From Raja brachyura (Eukaryota): a stretch of DNA of 64,000 nt. A program made the position numbers and the translations under genes. Where the stretch lies: positions 42,098,001 through 42,162,000 of the forward strand of contig OY740805.1 in assembly GCA_963514005.1 (NCBI GenBank), read 5' to 3'. The notes below the pieces were generated by a model. The model was not told the DNA's origin. It saw only the letters and a program-made list of their open reading frames with translations, and did not search any database. Shown here piece after piece: positions 47,854 through 60,763 of this stretch (the stretch's first letter is position 1; each line of letters begins with the position of its first letter).

Positions 47854-50800
47854 CCCAGTTCTGGGGAAGGTGGGACCAGTACAAACAGGACGGTCTGCAC
47901 CTGGGCTGGAATGGAACCAATGTCCTTGGGGGAGTGTTTGCTAGTGCTGTCGGGGAGGATTTAAACTAATGTGGCAGGGGATGGGTACAAGAGCAGAGAG
48001 GCAGGTGGGTGTAAAATGAGGGTAGAGGCAATAGGTAGCAAGGTGAAAAATAATAGTGGCAGGCAGACAAAACCAGGGCAAAAATCAAAAAGGGCCACTT
48101 TTCAACATAATTGTATAAGGGGTAAGAGCGTTGTAAAAACAAGCCTGAAGGCTTTGTGTCTCAATGCAAGGAGTATTCGTAATAAGGTGGATGAGTTGAA
48201 CATGCAGATAGCTATTAATTATTTTGATATAGTTGGGATCACGGAGACATGGCTCCAGGGTGGCCAAGGCTGGGAGCTGAACATCCAGGGATATTCAATA
48301 TTCAGGAGGGATAGAGAGAAAGGAAAAGGAGGTGGGGTAGCGTTGCTGGTTAGAGAGGAGATTAATGCAATGGAAAGGAAGGACATTAGCGTGGAGGATG
48401 TGGAATCGGTATGGGTAGAGCTGCGAAACTCTAAGGGGCAGAAAACGCTGGTGGGTATTGTGTACAAGCCACCTAACAGTAGTAGTGAAGTTGGGGAAGG
48501 TATCAAACAGGAAATTAGAAATGCGTGCAACAAAGGCAAAACAGTTATAATGGGTGACTTCAATCTACATATAGATTGGGTGAATCAAATTGGCAGGGGT
48601 GCTGAGGAAGAGGATTTTTTGGAATGTATGCGGGATAGTTTTCTAAACTAACATGTAGAGGAACCAACGAGAGAGCAGGCTATTTTAGACTGGGTTTTGA
48701 GTAATGAGGAAGGGGTAGTTAGCAGTCTTGTTGTACGTGCCCCCTTGGGCAAAAGTGCCAATAATATGGTTGAGTTCTTCATTAGGATGGAGAGTGACAT
48801 TGTTAATTCAGAAACAATGGTTCTGAACTTAAAGAAAGGTCACTTTGAGGGTGAATTGGCCAAGATTGACTGGCAATTAATTCTAAAAGGGTTGACGGTG
48901 GATATGCAATGGAAGACATTTAAAGACTGCATGGATGAACTACAAAAATTGTTCATCCCAGTTTGGCAAAAGAATAAATCGGGGAAGGTAGTGCATCCGT
49001 GGATAACAAGGGAAATCAGGGTTAATATCAAAGCAAAGGATGATGCGTACAAAGTAGCCAGAAAAAGCAGCATACCAGAGGACTGGGAGAAATTCAGAGA
49101 CCAGCAGAGGAGGACAAAGGGCTTAATTAGGAAAGGAAAAATAGATTATGAAAGAAAACTGGCAGGGAACATAAAAACTGACTGCAAACGTTTTTATAGA
49201 TATGTGAAGAGAAAGAGATTAGTTAAAACAAATGTAGGTCCCTTGCAGTCAGAAACAGGTGAGTTGATCATGGGGAACAAGGATATAGCGGACCAATTGA
49301 ATAACTGAAGAAGGGTCGGACCAATTGAATAACTGAAGAAGGGTCTCGACCCGAAACGTCGCCTATCTCCTTCGCTCCTTAGATGCTGCTGCACCCGCTG
49401 AGTTTCTCCAGCTTTTTGTGTAACCCCCAATTGAATAACTACTTTGGTTCCGTCTTCACTAAGGAAGATATAAATAATCTGCCGGAATTAGCAGGTCAAA
49501 GGAGGAATTGAGTGAAATCCAGGTTAGTCGGAAGTGGTGTTGGGTAAATTGAATGGATTAAAGGCCGATAAATCCCCAGGGCCAGATAGGCTGCATCCCA
49601 GAGTACTTAAGGAAGTAGCTCCAGAAATAGTGGATGCATTAGTGATAATCTTTCAAAACTCTTTAGATTCTGGAGTAGTTTCTGAGGATTGGCGGGTAGC
49701 AAACGTAACCCCTCTTTTTAAGAAGGGAGGGAGAGAGAAAACGGGGAATTACAGACCAGTTAGTCTAACATCGGTAGTGGGGAAACTGCTAGAGTCAGTT
49801 ATTAAAGATGGGATAACAGCACATTTGGAAAGTGGTGAAATCATTAGACAAAGTCAGCATGGATTTACGAAAGGTAAATCATGTCTGACGAATCTTGTGG
49901 AATTTTTCAAGGATGTAACTAGTACCGTGGATAAGGAAAAACCAATGGATGTGGTGTATCTGGACTTCCAGAAGGCTTTCGACATGGTCCCACTTAAGAG
50001 ATCAGCATACAAACTTAAAGCAAATGGTATTGGGGGTTCAGTATTGATGTGGATAGAGAACTGGCTGGCAAACAGAAAGCAAAGAGTAGGACTAAACGGG
50101 TCCTTTTCACAATGGCAGGCGGCGACTAGTGGGGTACCGCAAGGCTCAGTGCTGGGACCCCAGCTATTTACAATATATATTAATGATCTGGATGAGGGAA
50201 TTGAAGGCAATATCTCCAAGTTTGCGGATGACACTAAGCTGGGGGGCAGTGTTAGCTGTGGGGTGGATGCTAGGAGACTGCAAGGTGACGTGGATAGGCT
50301 GGGGGAGTGGGCAAATGTTTGGCAGATGCAGTATAATGTGGATAAATGTGAGGTTATCCACTTTGGTGGCAAAAACAGGAAAGCAAACTATTATCTAAAT
50401 GGTGGCCGATTAGGAAAAGGGGAGATGCAGTGAGACCTGGGTGTCATGGTACACAAGTCATTGAAAGTAGGCATGCAGGTGCAGCAGGCAGTGAAGAAAG
50501 CGAATGGTATGTTAGCTTTCATAGCAAAAGAATTTGAGTATAGAAGCAGGGAGGTTCTACTTCAGTTGTACAGGGTCTTGGTGAGACTACACCTGGAGTA
50601 TTGCGTACAGTTTTGGTCTCCAAATCTGAGGAAGAACATTATTGCCATAGAGAGAATGCAGAGAAGGTTCACCAGACTGATTCCTGGGATCAGGATTGTC
50701 TTATGAAGAAAGACTGGATAGACTTGGTTTATACTCTCTAGAATTTAGGAGATTGAGAGGGGATCTTATAGAAACTTACAAAATTCTTAGGGGGTTGGAC

Positions 50801-51150
50801 AGGCTAGATGCAGGAAGATTGTTCCCGATGTTGGGGAAGTCCAGGACAAGGGGGTCACAGCTTAAGGATAAGGGGGAAATCCTTGAAGACTGAGATGAGA
50901 AAGACTTTTTTCACACAGGGAGTGGTGAGTCTCTGGAACTCTCTGCCACAGAGGGTAGTTGAGGCCAGCTCATCGGCTTTATTGAAGAGGGAGTTAGATG
51001 TGGCCCTTGTGGCTAAGGGGATCAGAGGGTATGGAGAGAAGGCAGGTACGGGATACTGAGTTGGATGATCAGCCATGATCATATTGAATGGCGGTGCAAG
51101 CTCGAAGGGCCGAATGGCCTACTCCTGCACCTAATTTCTCTGTTTCTATG
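47854..51150 (+). mobile_element. Near full-length CR1 (ORF1 esterase end, ORF2 EN-RT with stops, 3' tail)
   Basis: DGLHLGWNG; ORFs 47971..48651, 48697..49308, 49534..50433 (FADD), 50446..51059. Confidence 0.95.
49307..49426 (+). mobile_element. 120-bp Penelope 3' stub beginning in the hammerhead core (intact core 49333-49360)
   Basis: TSD ccaattgaataact at 49293-49306 and 49427-49440, plus a third copy at 49321-49334. Confidence 0.9.
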
Positions 51151-52154
51151 TCCCATCCATGTACCACACCCATCCTATCCATGTAACAGCCCTGTCCTAT
51201 CGAAGTAAGAGTATAGAAATTGAAGAATATTTGCCAACAGGCTACAGTAGACATTTGGTGACAAGGGAAGTGTCATCACTGTTGTGATGCAGGAACCCAA
51301 ATGTACACAGCAAGCACACACGGGCAGCAACGTGATAGCAACAAGATATTCGCTTTCAGTGACACTGCTGAAGGACAAACAATATTCAGGCAGCCAAACA
51401 AGTTCCTCTTCAGGGTACATGCTCTTCAGGTCAGCAGTTTCATCACAACTAAAGACAGTAGCTACAACAGGGCAGCATCTTGTCAAACACATTTCATTGT
51501 ACCATTGACCCTGTGTTAACCTACACATGATAAATAAAACTGAATTGAATTGCCCCAGGCTGTGCCTCATGGCTCAGCAAGGGTTTGAATCCACCATCTC
51601 CGACTCGGCCACGCGGTCGCTGACTGTCCCGTTTCCGCCCAGTCTCATGTAAGATTAGACAGAGTGTGCAAACTACCGAACAAGGCGCGATTGACTCTTG
51701 CATTGACTATTCCACAGCTTACCCATCATTACAGTCTGGAGAAGTAGCATCAGTACAATCCTGTGTCTTCCCTTCATCTTCGGATGAAATCGCGGCGCAT
51801 TTTGACTTGAAGAGAGAAGGCCGAGTTACATTGAATAAAAGGAGCATCACTTAAGTATTGACATTAATATTATTCATAGTAAGGATTTAATTTGCTATTA
51901 TTTTAACTGGTATATCCATTCACAATAAGTCAGTTATCGAGATTAGCACAAACATACACAAACTAAAATTTCACTCACCTACATTGCACTGCTAAATTCC
52001 AAGACTGACATTTTATCTGGGATTTGTTCCATGTGCATTCGTATCGTTATTAGCTTTGGTAGGAATTTGCAAACATATTTTATGTAAATGGACATTACAA
52101 TTGGTTTCAGCAGTACATCGAGCCAATTTTCACCATTCCTGCCAGGAAGCAGCG

Positions 52155-52425
52155 GTGAGGAGAGAGCCATGGTGGGGGGGGAGTGGGCTGGGGAGGGGGG
52201 GCGGGTGAGGAGAGAGCAGGGGACGGGGGCGGGTGAGTAGAGAGCTGGTGGGGAGGAGAGGGCTGGGGAGGGGGAGGGTGAGGAGAGAGCTGGGGAGGGG
52301 TGCGGCCGAGGAGAGAGCTGAGGGGGAGGAGAGAGCTGGGGAGGGGGGCGGGTGAGGAGAAAGGGGGGGGAAACGAGAGGGCGGTGGGGAGGAGAGAGCT
52401 TGGGAGGGTGGTGAGCGAGAGGGAT
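52155..52425. repeat. Purine-rich low-complexity repeat (gaggagagagctgggga-like)
   Basis: Visible G/A-rich tandem units. Confidence 0.8.
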
Positions 52426-52719
52426 AGCAGTGGTCAATGCTGTAATATCTCAATTGTGTTGAGCTGCAGTGAGAAGTCAAGGTACTAAGATACAAGATAT
52501 TAAGCGTGCGGGGATATTCTGAACCATGGAGTAAAATTGCAACACGACCAACTCATTGTAAAGATATCGGTTGCCATCAGAAAGTACTGAGGCCAATAAT
52601 AGCTAAATAGTTGCAGCATTTCCAGCGTTTACTGATAATGTTTCAGATTTCCAGCATTAAACTGGGTGATGAGGAAATGGAGGGGAAGTTTCGGGAAAGG
52701 CAATATAAATGGAAGGAAG

Positions 52720-53300
52720 GGAAGAACCTGCTCCTCTTTACGTCAAAGGAGACATGGTGGAGAGAGTCACTGACTTTAAGTTCCTGGGCACATACATCTC
52801 CCAGGACCTTACATGGACAGTGAACACCATCACTCTCGTAAAGCAGTCACAGCAGCGACTATATTTCCTGAGGACAAACATCACACAGGACTCATCCCAC
52901 CCTGTCAACCACCTTTTCAATCTGCTGCCCTCTGGGAGGCGATATGGGTCTTTGAAGGCCCGCACTTGCAGACTAACCAACAGTTTCTACCCACGTGCCA
53001 TTAGAGAACTTAACTCAAACAGATAACACTACGGGCAACACTACACAATTCGGGGTGCATTATAAAAATTTGTCTGCTAGAATGTGCAATATAATGTGCA
53101 TCATTTTTATTATCTATTACTTATTTATGCATTGATCTTGTAGTAAATGTAAATGTGAGAGTAAATGGTTGTTTGTGTTATTGTGTTTTGTTCTTTTTCA
53201 TCTTTTTATCCTGTGTCTTTTATTGTTTACCATTGAAGGGGATGCACATGAAATTTCGTTGTACAGTTGATGTGCAATGACAAATAAACGTATTTGATTT
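52720..53300 (+). mobile_element. Internally deleted Rex1/Babar-like LINE 3' fragment
   Basis: VERVTDFKFLGTYISQDLTW..QQRLYFLR..LLPSGRRY..NSFYPRAI; acaaataaa tail. Confidence 0.85.
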
Positions 53301-53719
53301 GGTTCGGATGGAGGTCGGAAACACTGCGGTGAGGGTTACCTGATGTTAGAAAATGTGGATGTCCATTCCACTGTGGGTAACGCAGGTGGTCAACGAGGTA
53401 GACACACCATGCTGGAGAAACTCAGCGGGTGAGGTAGCATCTATGGAGAGAAGGAATTCAGACTGGAGAAGGGTCTCGGCCGTACAAACTCCGTACAGAC
53501 AGCACCCGTATCAGGATCGAACCCGCGTCTCCGGCGCTGTGAGGCAGCAACTCCACCGTGCCGCCGATGTAGAGGAAGCTCCTCCTTGGCCCAACAATAC
53601 AGCTATTACTGTTTCGGCAGGGGTTTAAAAAATCAGATCCGTTTCTTCCCACTCTCGCAACTCCGGGTTCAGTTACATTACTATGTTCCCAGCAGTAACA
53701 CATGAGCCGTTTCAGCGCA

Positions 53720-54420
53720 GTTTGTCGCCGCGCTCGGTGTTCGGGACGGTGACGCCGGCCCAGAGTTTCAGAGAGAGGAGCAGCAAGTTCCCTTCTTGCA
53801 ATCGCGGCCACATCCCGCCCGCCCGTCGCAGACTGAACGTGACCACTGGGATTAAATAAATCCCGGTGACCGGCCAGCGCTCCCGGGGTGTCACCGACTG
53901 CCGCCTCCCTCCCTCCCTGACCCGCACCCGCTCTCCCGAGCGACCAGACTCGCCGCTCCGGCCCCGGAAACCTACCGGGACTGGGACCGAGCCGGACCCC
54001 GGGGGCAGTGGGCCGGGCCGGGCCGGGGCAGCGGGGGTTCCCTTTCACCGAATGCCGCTGGCAAACAGGTGAGTGAGTGATCGCTTTGTCCCAGCGGCTC
54101 CGGCGCCGTGAGTTGTCCCGGAGCCCCACTCACCTGATCAATCCCCGCCCGCCCGGCGCGGCCGCTTCCCCTCCCTCCCTCCCTCCGGCCGGGAACCTCC
54201 TTGTCCCCGGGGGCCGAGTCTGTCACCGGCGCCCAGCAACAGAGCGGAGTAACCGGCGTCAGAGAGAGCGCTTTCTTCAGCCTGGGAACGCAGGGGAACG
54301 GCGGCCGCCGAGGGAGAGAGAGCGAGAAATCCTCTCAGGTTTTCATAAAATGGAAGCCAGAAATGGGCGCGGTGGAGAAAGTTAAACCAGGTGAGGTTTC
54401 CTCAATGCGGCCCGGAATGT
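53720..54420. promoter_or_regulatory. CpG-rich island-like unique sequence, possible promoter/first exons
   Basis: High GC and CpG density outside recognisable TEs; + strand donor-like sites cag|gtgagt (about 54068) and cag|gtgagg (about 54390). Confidence 0.45.
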
Positions 54421-54654
54421 TGCACAACTGGTTCTGGTTGTTTACTGCGCAAACACCTCGTCAAGTCAAGTCTAGTCTAGTTTATTCGTCACATACGCAT
54501 ACGAGATGTGCAGTGAAATGATAAGTGCCAATGCTTGTGGATTGTGCACAAAAAAACCCACGAACAGAATAGAATCAGTAATTACATATTTATGGGAGAA
54601 AAAAGAAAGAAAAATACGGCAATTTGAAAAAGACACCACACAACAGTAAATAAT

Positions 54655-55558
54655 AGGGGGTGGTGTGGATAATGAAGAGGATTTCCAAAGTGTACAGAGT
54701 GATTTAGGCCAGTTGGAAAAATGGGCTGAAAGATGGCAGATGGACTTTAATGCTGATAAACGTGAGGTGCTACACCTTGGCAGGACGAATCAAAATAGGA
54801 CGTACATGGTAAACGGTAGGGAATTGAAGAATACAGTTGAACAGAGGGATCTGGGAATAACCGTGCATAGTTCCTTGAAGGTGGAATCTCATATAGATAG
54901 GGTGGTAAAGAAAGCTTTTGGTATGCTAGCCTTTATAAATCAGAGCATTGAGTATAGAAGCTGGGATGTAATGTTAAAATTGTACAAGGCATTGGTGAGA
55001 CCAAATCTGGAGTATGGTGTACAATTTTGGTCGCCCAATTATAGGAAGGATGTCAACAAAATAGAGAGGGTACAGAGGAGATTTACTAGAATGTTGCCTG
55101 GGTTTCAACAGCTAAGTTACAGAGATAGGTTGAATAAGTTAGGTCTTTATTCTCTGGAGCGCAGAAGGTTAAGGGGGGACTTGATAGAGGTCTTTAAAAT
55201 GATGAGAGGGATAGACAGAGTTGATGTGGACAAGCTTTTCCCTATGAGAATAGGGAAGATTCAAACAAGAGGACATGACTTTAGAATTAAGGGACAGAGG
55301 TTTAGGGGTAACATGAGGGGGAACTTCTTTACTCAGAGAGTGGTAGCGGTGTGGAATGAGCTTCCAGTGGAAGTGGTGGCGGCAGGTTCGTTGGTATCAT
55401 TTAAAAATAAATTGGATAGGCATATGGATGAGAAGGGTTTGGAGGGTTATGGTATGAGTGCAGGCAGGTGGGACTAAGGGAAAAAAGTTGTTAGGCATGG
55501 ACTTGAAAGGCCGAGATGGCCTGTTTCCGTGCTGTAATTGTTATATGGTTATATGGTT
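54655..55558 (+). mobile_element. CR1 3' fragment
   Basis: ORF 54665..55477 open to the natural stop; gttatatg tail. Confidence 0.92.
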
Positions 55559-55559
55559 A

Positions 55560-56249
55560 AATTGGGACAGTACGTTAGTCCCTGGTGAGATCGGAGTTTA
55601 CAGTCCTAATGAATGGCCTCTGGGAAGAAACTCCTTCTCATCCTCTCTGTTTTCACAGCATGGTGTGAGGGATAAGATGATTAAACCACCATCATTGTGA
55701 GGGGCCGAGTGGTTGTAACCACCAACCTTGTGATGGGCCGAATAGTTGGAATCACCAACCTTGTGATTCGAACAAACTGTTACTGTCCTTCAGAGCTGTT
55801 GATAACATTGTAGAATAACAAGATGAGGTAAGGAATGTAGCTGACAACACAGAAGCTAGTCTTTAGGTCAAAGGCAATTAAGTAGGTTAGGGCAAAAGCG
55901 ACTGAGCATGCTTAATGAAATAAATGAATATTAACTTTACGCCCCTCATGACAAAGAACCTAATTTAAATGTACATGCGATGTATGATGTGGGAGAAGAG
56001 GGAATGATTGATGACGCACGGAGGGGAGGATTGGAAGATTGTGAACCTCGGTACCCTGATTGGAAGGGGTCAGAAGGGGAGGCGTCCGATCAATAAAGAC
56101 TGCATAATAAATTGTATAAAAATAGACGTTTTTCCTTTGCTCGGTGTGCCTCAACTTGGAGAGGCACCCGATTCTGCAGACTCGCAAATAAAGCATTTTT
56201 TGTTTCCATGATTTAGTCTCTGAGTAGTGATTGTGAGCACAAAACTACA
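55560..56249 (+). mobile_element. Probable solo LTR (5' end obscured)
   Basis: Short enhancer-like tandem repeats 55683-55767, TATA-like tgtataaaaa about 56113, aataaa 56187, ends ...actaca; interrupts a LINE. Confidence 0.55.
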
Positions 56250-57370
56250 TCTCACAATGGCAACGGAGGCGTTTGCCTGACAGTAGCAGCTGGAAGAATC
56301 TGTTGCTGGGGTGGAAGGCGTCCCCTGTGATCTTGTTGTCTCTGGATCCACACCTCCTGATGTATAGTTCCTGCAGGGGGGCGAGTGTAGTTTCCATCTT
56401 GCGTTCGGCTGAACGCACTACTCTCTGCAGAGCCTTCTTGTCCTGGGCAGAGCAGTTCCCAGACCAGATTGTAATGTTTCCGGACAAGATGCTTTCCACA
56501 GCCGCTGAGTAGAAGCACTGGAGGATTCTCGGAGACACTCTGAGTTTCCTCAATTGCCTGAGGTGGTAAAGGCGCTGCCTTGCCTTACTCACCAGTGCGG
56601 CAGTGTGTTATGTCCATGTCAGATCTTCTGAGATGTGGACTCCCAGGTATTGAACGCAGCTCACCCTTTCCACAGTATCCCCATTTATCCTCAATGGTGT
56701 GTACGTCCTCGGATGACGTGCCCTCCTAAAGTCCACAATCAGCTCTATAGTTTTTGTGACATTCAAGAGGAGGCTGTTGTCCTCACACCAGAGTGCCAGA
56801 TTTGGTACAGGTACAGAGTACCATTCTTTGGTACAGGTACAATGGTGGATTTTTTGAAGCAGGCAGGGACCACGGACTTGTCCAGGGAGAGGTTGAATAT
56901 TGTTGTGAGCACCGGAGATAGCTGCGCAGCACAAGACTTAAGTACTCGCCCCGAGATGCCATCTGGGCCGACAGCTTTCCTCGTGTTCACACGTGTCAGA
57001 GCCCTCCTCATGTCGTGCTCGGCCAATGAGAGTGTGTACGCATCCCCAGCGGTGGCCCTCCCTCCAGCCTCGCTAGCCAGCGCGCTGGCGGTGTTGTCGT
57101 TAGCCGGCAAGCTGGAAACGAGCTCATCTGAAAACGAGCGTAGAAAAAGTTCAGGTCATCAGCTAGGGAGGTGCCGGCACTTCCGGTTGAGGGGGAGGAG
57201 GCTGCTCCGGTAGTTGGTTATAGTGCGTAGCCCCCTCCAAACGCGCCTGGTGTCCTGCTGCACCATCTGTGACTCCATCTTGTCCCTGTACCTCCTTTTT
57301 GCTTCCTTCACCGCCCTTCGCAGTCGGTAGGACTCTCCCTTGTGGAGTCCATTATTCCGGATGCCAGGTC
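56250..57370 (-). mobile_element. Rex1/Babar-like LINE ORF fragments; probable 3' tail at 54461-54650
   Basis: KAVGPDGISGRVLK..IFNLSL..PACFKKSTIVPVPK; TIELIVDFRR; KARQRLYHLRQL. Confidence 0.85.
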
Positions 57371-57994
57371 AGAGCTGTAGGCAGCGGTGCAAGCATTCAA
57401 GGCAATCAGAATGATGCAGGACGGCATTGGTGGAATGAAAGGACGCAAAGTGATCGATCATCCTCCTGCACGCCAAGGAATGAAGTCGGAGCCTGCCCAA
57501 CCTCGCCCTATAGCACAACCCCTCAAATGCTGCCAGCATTCTGCTAAAATAAACCGTATTGAATAAGTCAATGTATCTGCTTACTCTTCCTGGAATGATC
57601 TTGTACAACAACATTTCTAATTCATCCTTCTCCAGGAGTGAGGTATACATGAGGTTTTACACTGGTGGTGATTTTAGCTTGAAAACGCGGGTTCAGGACA
57701 GGCACCAATGGTTCTGAGCTCCTGCCCAGCCTTCCCAGTTCAGGGAACAGAGTGAAGAATGGAAGCAGAAGGATAGCGGGTCCGGAACTCGGGCTTTTGT
57801 TTTGATTTGGGCCGATATTATTTATTTTATTTACTGAACGTATTTGTTTGTGTCTGAAGTTATCTATTGAATATTGTTTTCACAGATTGTTTTGCTGCTG
57901 CCAGTGAGAATGTAATTATTAATTATTATGTAAATAATTTGCTTTGAAGAAGGGCTCGAGCCCGCAACCAGAGATCCTGCCTTTTCTCAAGGTC

Positions 57995-58234
57995 CTCTCC
58001 ACAGACTCTGCGGCGACTCCCAGCCACCAGCCCCGACTCCCCGTCATCTCCACCTCCCAGTAATGTCTCCCCGATGTGAATCCGTCTGATCCCAGGAGAG
58101 AAGACCAGTATCTAAACTTGTTCCCCGGTGTCAGGGAGTCCCCTCTCGGTCCCGATATTTCTCACCCTCTTCCCATCCTCAGACACCTCGAGCCGCGAAT
58201 GCGCTGTTTCCACATCCAGGGTCACCCCTGGAGA
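57995..58234 (-). pseudogene. Truncated, frameshifted B30.2 exon of BTN-like gene C
   Basis: VTLDVETAHSRLEVSEDGK, extra G near 58125, then [24 protein letters not shown], then the homology ends. Confidence 0.85.
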
Positions 58235-59248
58235 CTGGGGAGAGAACCAGAGAATCAGAGAGTCGCCGGGTGTCGGGGCGAGACGCCTGCAGCGCGCGCG
58301 GCCCCGGGACTGAGAGAGGTCCGAGTGGGATTGAAGGACAGAGTGAGGAGCAGGTGGATCCGGGGAATGGGGAAAGCTGGGGGGGGGGGGGGGCATGGGA
58401 CGTGTCAAGGGCAGGAGGGCGAGCTGCTGGGAAGAGCAATTGGTGCTGAGCAGAGTGAGAACGGGGTGCGTCGACCCGTGCGGCAAGGGTGAGAAGGGAC
58501 AGTACAAATGGGCAGGGGAGCGTCACTTTAGAGATACAGCATAAAACAGGCCCTTCGGCCCACCGAGTCCGCACCGACCAACGATCACCCCGTACACTAA
58601 CAGTACCTTACAACGTGGGACAATTTACAGTAGACAATTGATCCTCAAATTAAAAAATCATCTTTGTAGTGTGGGAGGGAACCAGGACACCTGGAGATAA
58701 CCAACGCGGTCACGAGGAGAATGTAAAACTCCGCACCGGCAGTACCCATATTCAGGATGGAACCCGTTCTCTGGCGCTGTGAGGCAGCAGCTCTACCCTC
58801 TGCTCCACTGTGGCGCCCGAAATGGCAGTGGTGGGTTGAGCGGCAGAGGACACGGCAGGTGGGTTGATGATGGGGAAGAGCGTTGTGGGTAGGATTGGGG
58901 AGACGATGCTGCGGGGGAGAAATGGGATAACTGGAGATTGAGAAGAAAGAGGGGCAACGATGGGAAGTAAAAGAGCGCGAGGCACGGGGGCGAGCAAGTT
59001 GGGTGGGTGGCGGAGTGGAGGAAAGGTGGTAGGAAGTGAGAGAGGTAGCGGTGGAGACGAAAGTGACAGTGCAAGCGTGAGCAAGAGGGATAAAGAGGAG
59101 AGCAACGTCACTGTACCGAGGTACATGTGACAATAACGCTTCATCGAATGGGTCACAAAACATTAAAGGCAGAATGGGATGGCTCTGTGAGCCGGAATAG
59201 AATGTGAAATAGTACAAAGTATTGGGATGCAAAATTATCTGTACATAC

Positions 59249-59275
59249 CGTATTCAATATCCATATCATCATAAC
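59249..59275 (-). pseudogene. Putative second 27-nt micro-exon of gene C (GYDDMDIEY), acceptor AG changed to AA
   Basis: Flanks homologous to 17535-17590 and 24159-24215; donor gtatgt. Confidence 0.5.
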
Positions 59276-60097
59276 TTGCATAAAAACAGAAATACTACAC
59301 TTCAAAACTTTCATTGTTTGCTGATGGATGATTCAAAGTAGAAATGAAAATGTCCACAAGATAGGTTACAATCCACAATAACAGCACAGATCAAATGGTC
59401 TATTCATCTCGAACCATCCAGCCGAACATCTTGAAGCAAGCTGGGCGGAGGTCGCAGAGAGAGAGCTCTTCCTGACGCCCAGACTGTAATCAGTAAGGAC
59501 AGGCAACAGAGCATTTTCCATGACAATTCTCAACGTTGTTGTTTCTCAAGGCTGCATCCTCAGCCCCTTTTAATACCGCCTGAGACTCATGATTTCCCGA
59601 TGTTAAAATAAGGGAACTGCAAAAAGGCAAGAAGAATTTGTCCCAAGTAAACCATAATCTGGGTGTATATTTGCAGATTTCACTGAAACACAGTTGGCTT
59701 TTCATGTAGGTTTCTTCCAAATTGTATTCAGACATTCACAGCATAGAATAATTATTTATCCAATTCTGTTAGAGATAAATTAATAAGAACTTTTTTTAAA
59801 ATTTCGTTCACTAAGGGATTCCAAGACATAAAATGAATAAACACAGTCCATCCAACTGCGGTCTGAAAGGTGAGAAGGATGGAAAAACCAGAGACTTGGT
59901 GGCGAGTGGATTAGAAGAGGAAGATAGAACGATGCAGCACAGGAACAGGCTCTTTGGCCCACAATGTCTGTGCCGAACATGGCACTAGGATTAGTGGAAC
60001 ATGGACCACGGAGACAGGAGAAGGGCTGTGAAACGACATTGAACATTTCTCAGTCAGTCGATATAAATTGTAGTCGCAAGTCATCGAAATATCTTAC

Positions 60098-60124
60098 CTT
60101 CCAAAGTGCAAAACAGCTGGAGTT
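60098..60124 (-). CDS. 27-nt micro-exon (ELQLFCTLE) of gene C
   Basis: attttcag|27 nt|gtaaga, paralogue of 29990-30016. Confidence 0.75.
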
Positions 60125-60637
60125 CTGAAAATAAGAACACGTCCCAGGACCGTGTCAGTCACTGCGCACAGACAGAGCACAGCGGTGCTCTCTGGATTCA
60201 GACACTGTTGACAGTAAACGAGTGCACCATCTAAACTACTTGCCGAACATGCCCATGGATCTGCAGACTTTCAACACCCTTTGGGTTGAAGTAATTTCCC
60301 CAGATCACCTCTAATCCTCCTGCCCAAAACCTTCAACCTATTGCCCCTAGTTATTGGTCTGACAGTTCATGGAACTACATCCTTCCCAATGGCTCTATCC
60401 CATTATTCCATACGCCAGGGCATCTTCCCTTGGCGGCTTCACCCATCACCCTCGATGAGAAAACATTGCCCCTAAGGTTTGTATTAAATCTTTCCCTGCT
60501 CACCGTAAACTGATGCCTTCTAATTCGTGATTCACTGCCCATGGTAAAATACTCTGTGCACTCACCTTATCTATTCCCTTCATGAATGTGTACATCTCTA
60601 TAAGATCACCCGCTCATTCCCCAGCGCCCCTTCTCAC

Positions 60638-60763
60638 CTTGAATCTTTTTGTCTTCGTATCTGTGGATCATTATATTGAAAGCAGCAGTGACCACAAGGC
60701 CGGCAAACACTCAGAATATCGGCACGCAGATGTTGAACTCGTTAACTTTATTGACGAACAGAT
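60638..60763 (-). pseudogene. TM exon of gene C (126 nt) with in-frame TGA
   Basis: ttctag| NLFVNKVNEFNICVPIF*VFAGLVVTAAFNIMIHRYEDKKIQ |gtgaga; stop at 60711-60713 aligns with Trp of gene A. Confidence 0.8.
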
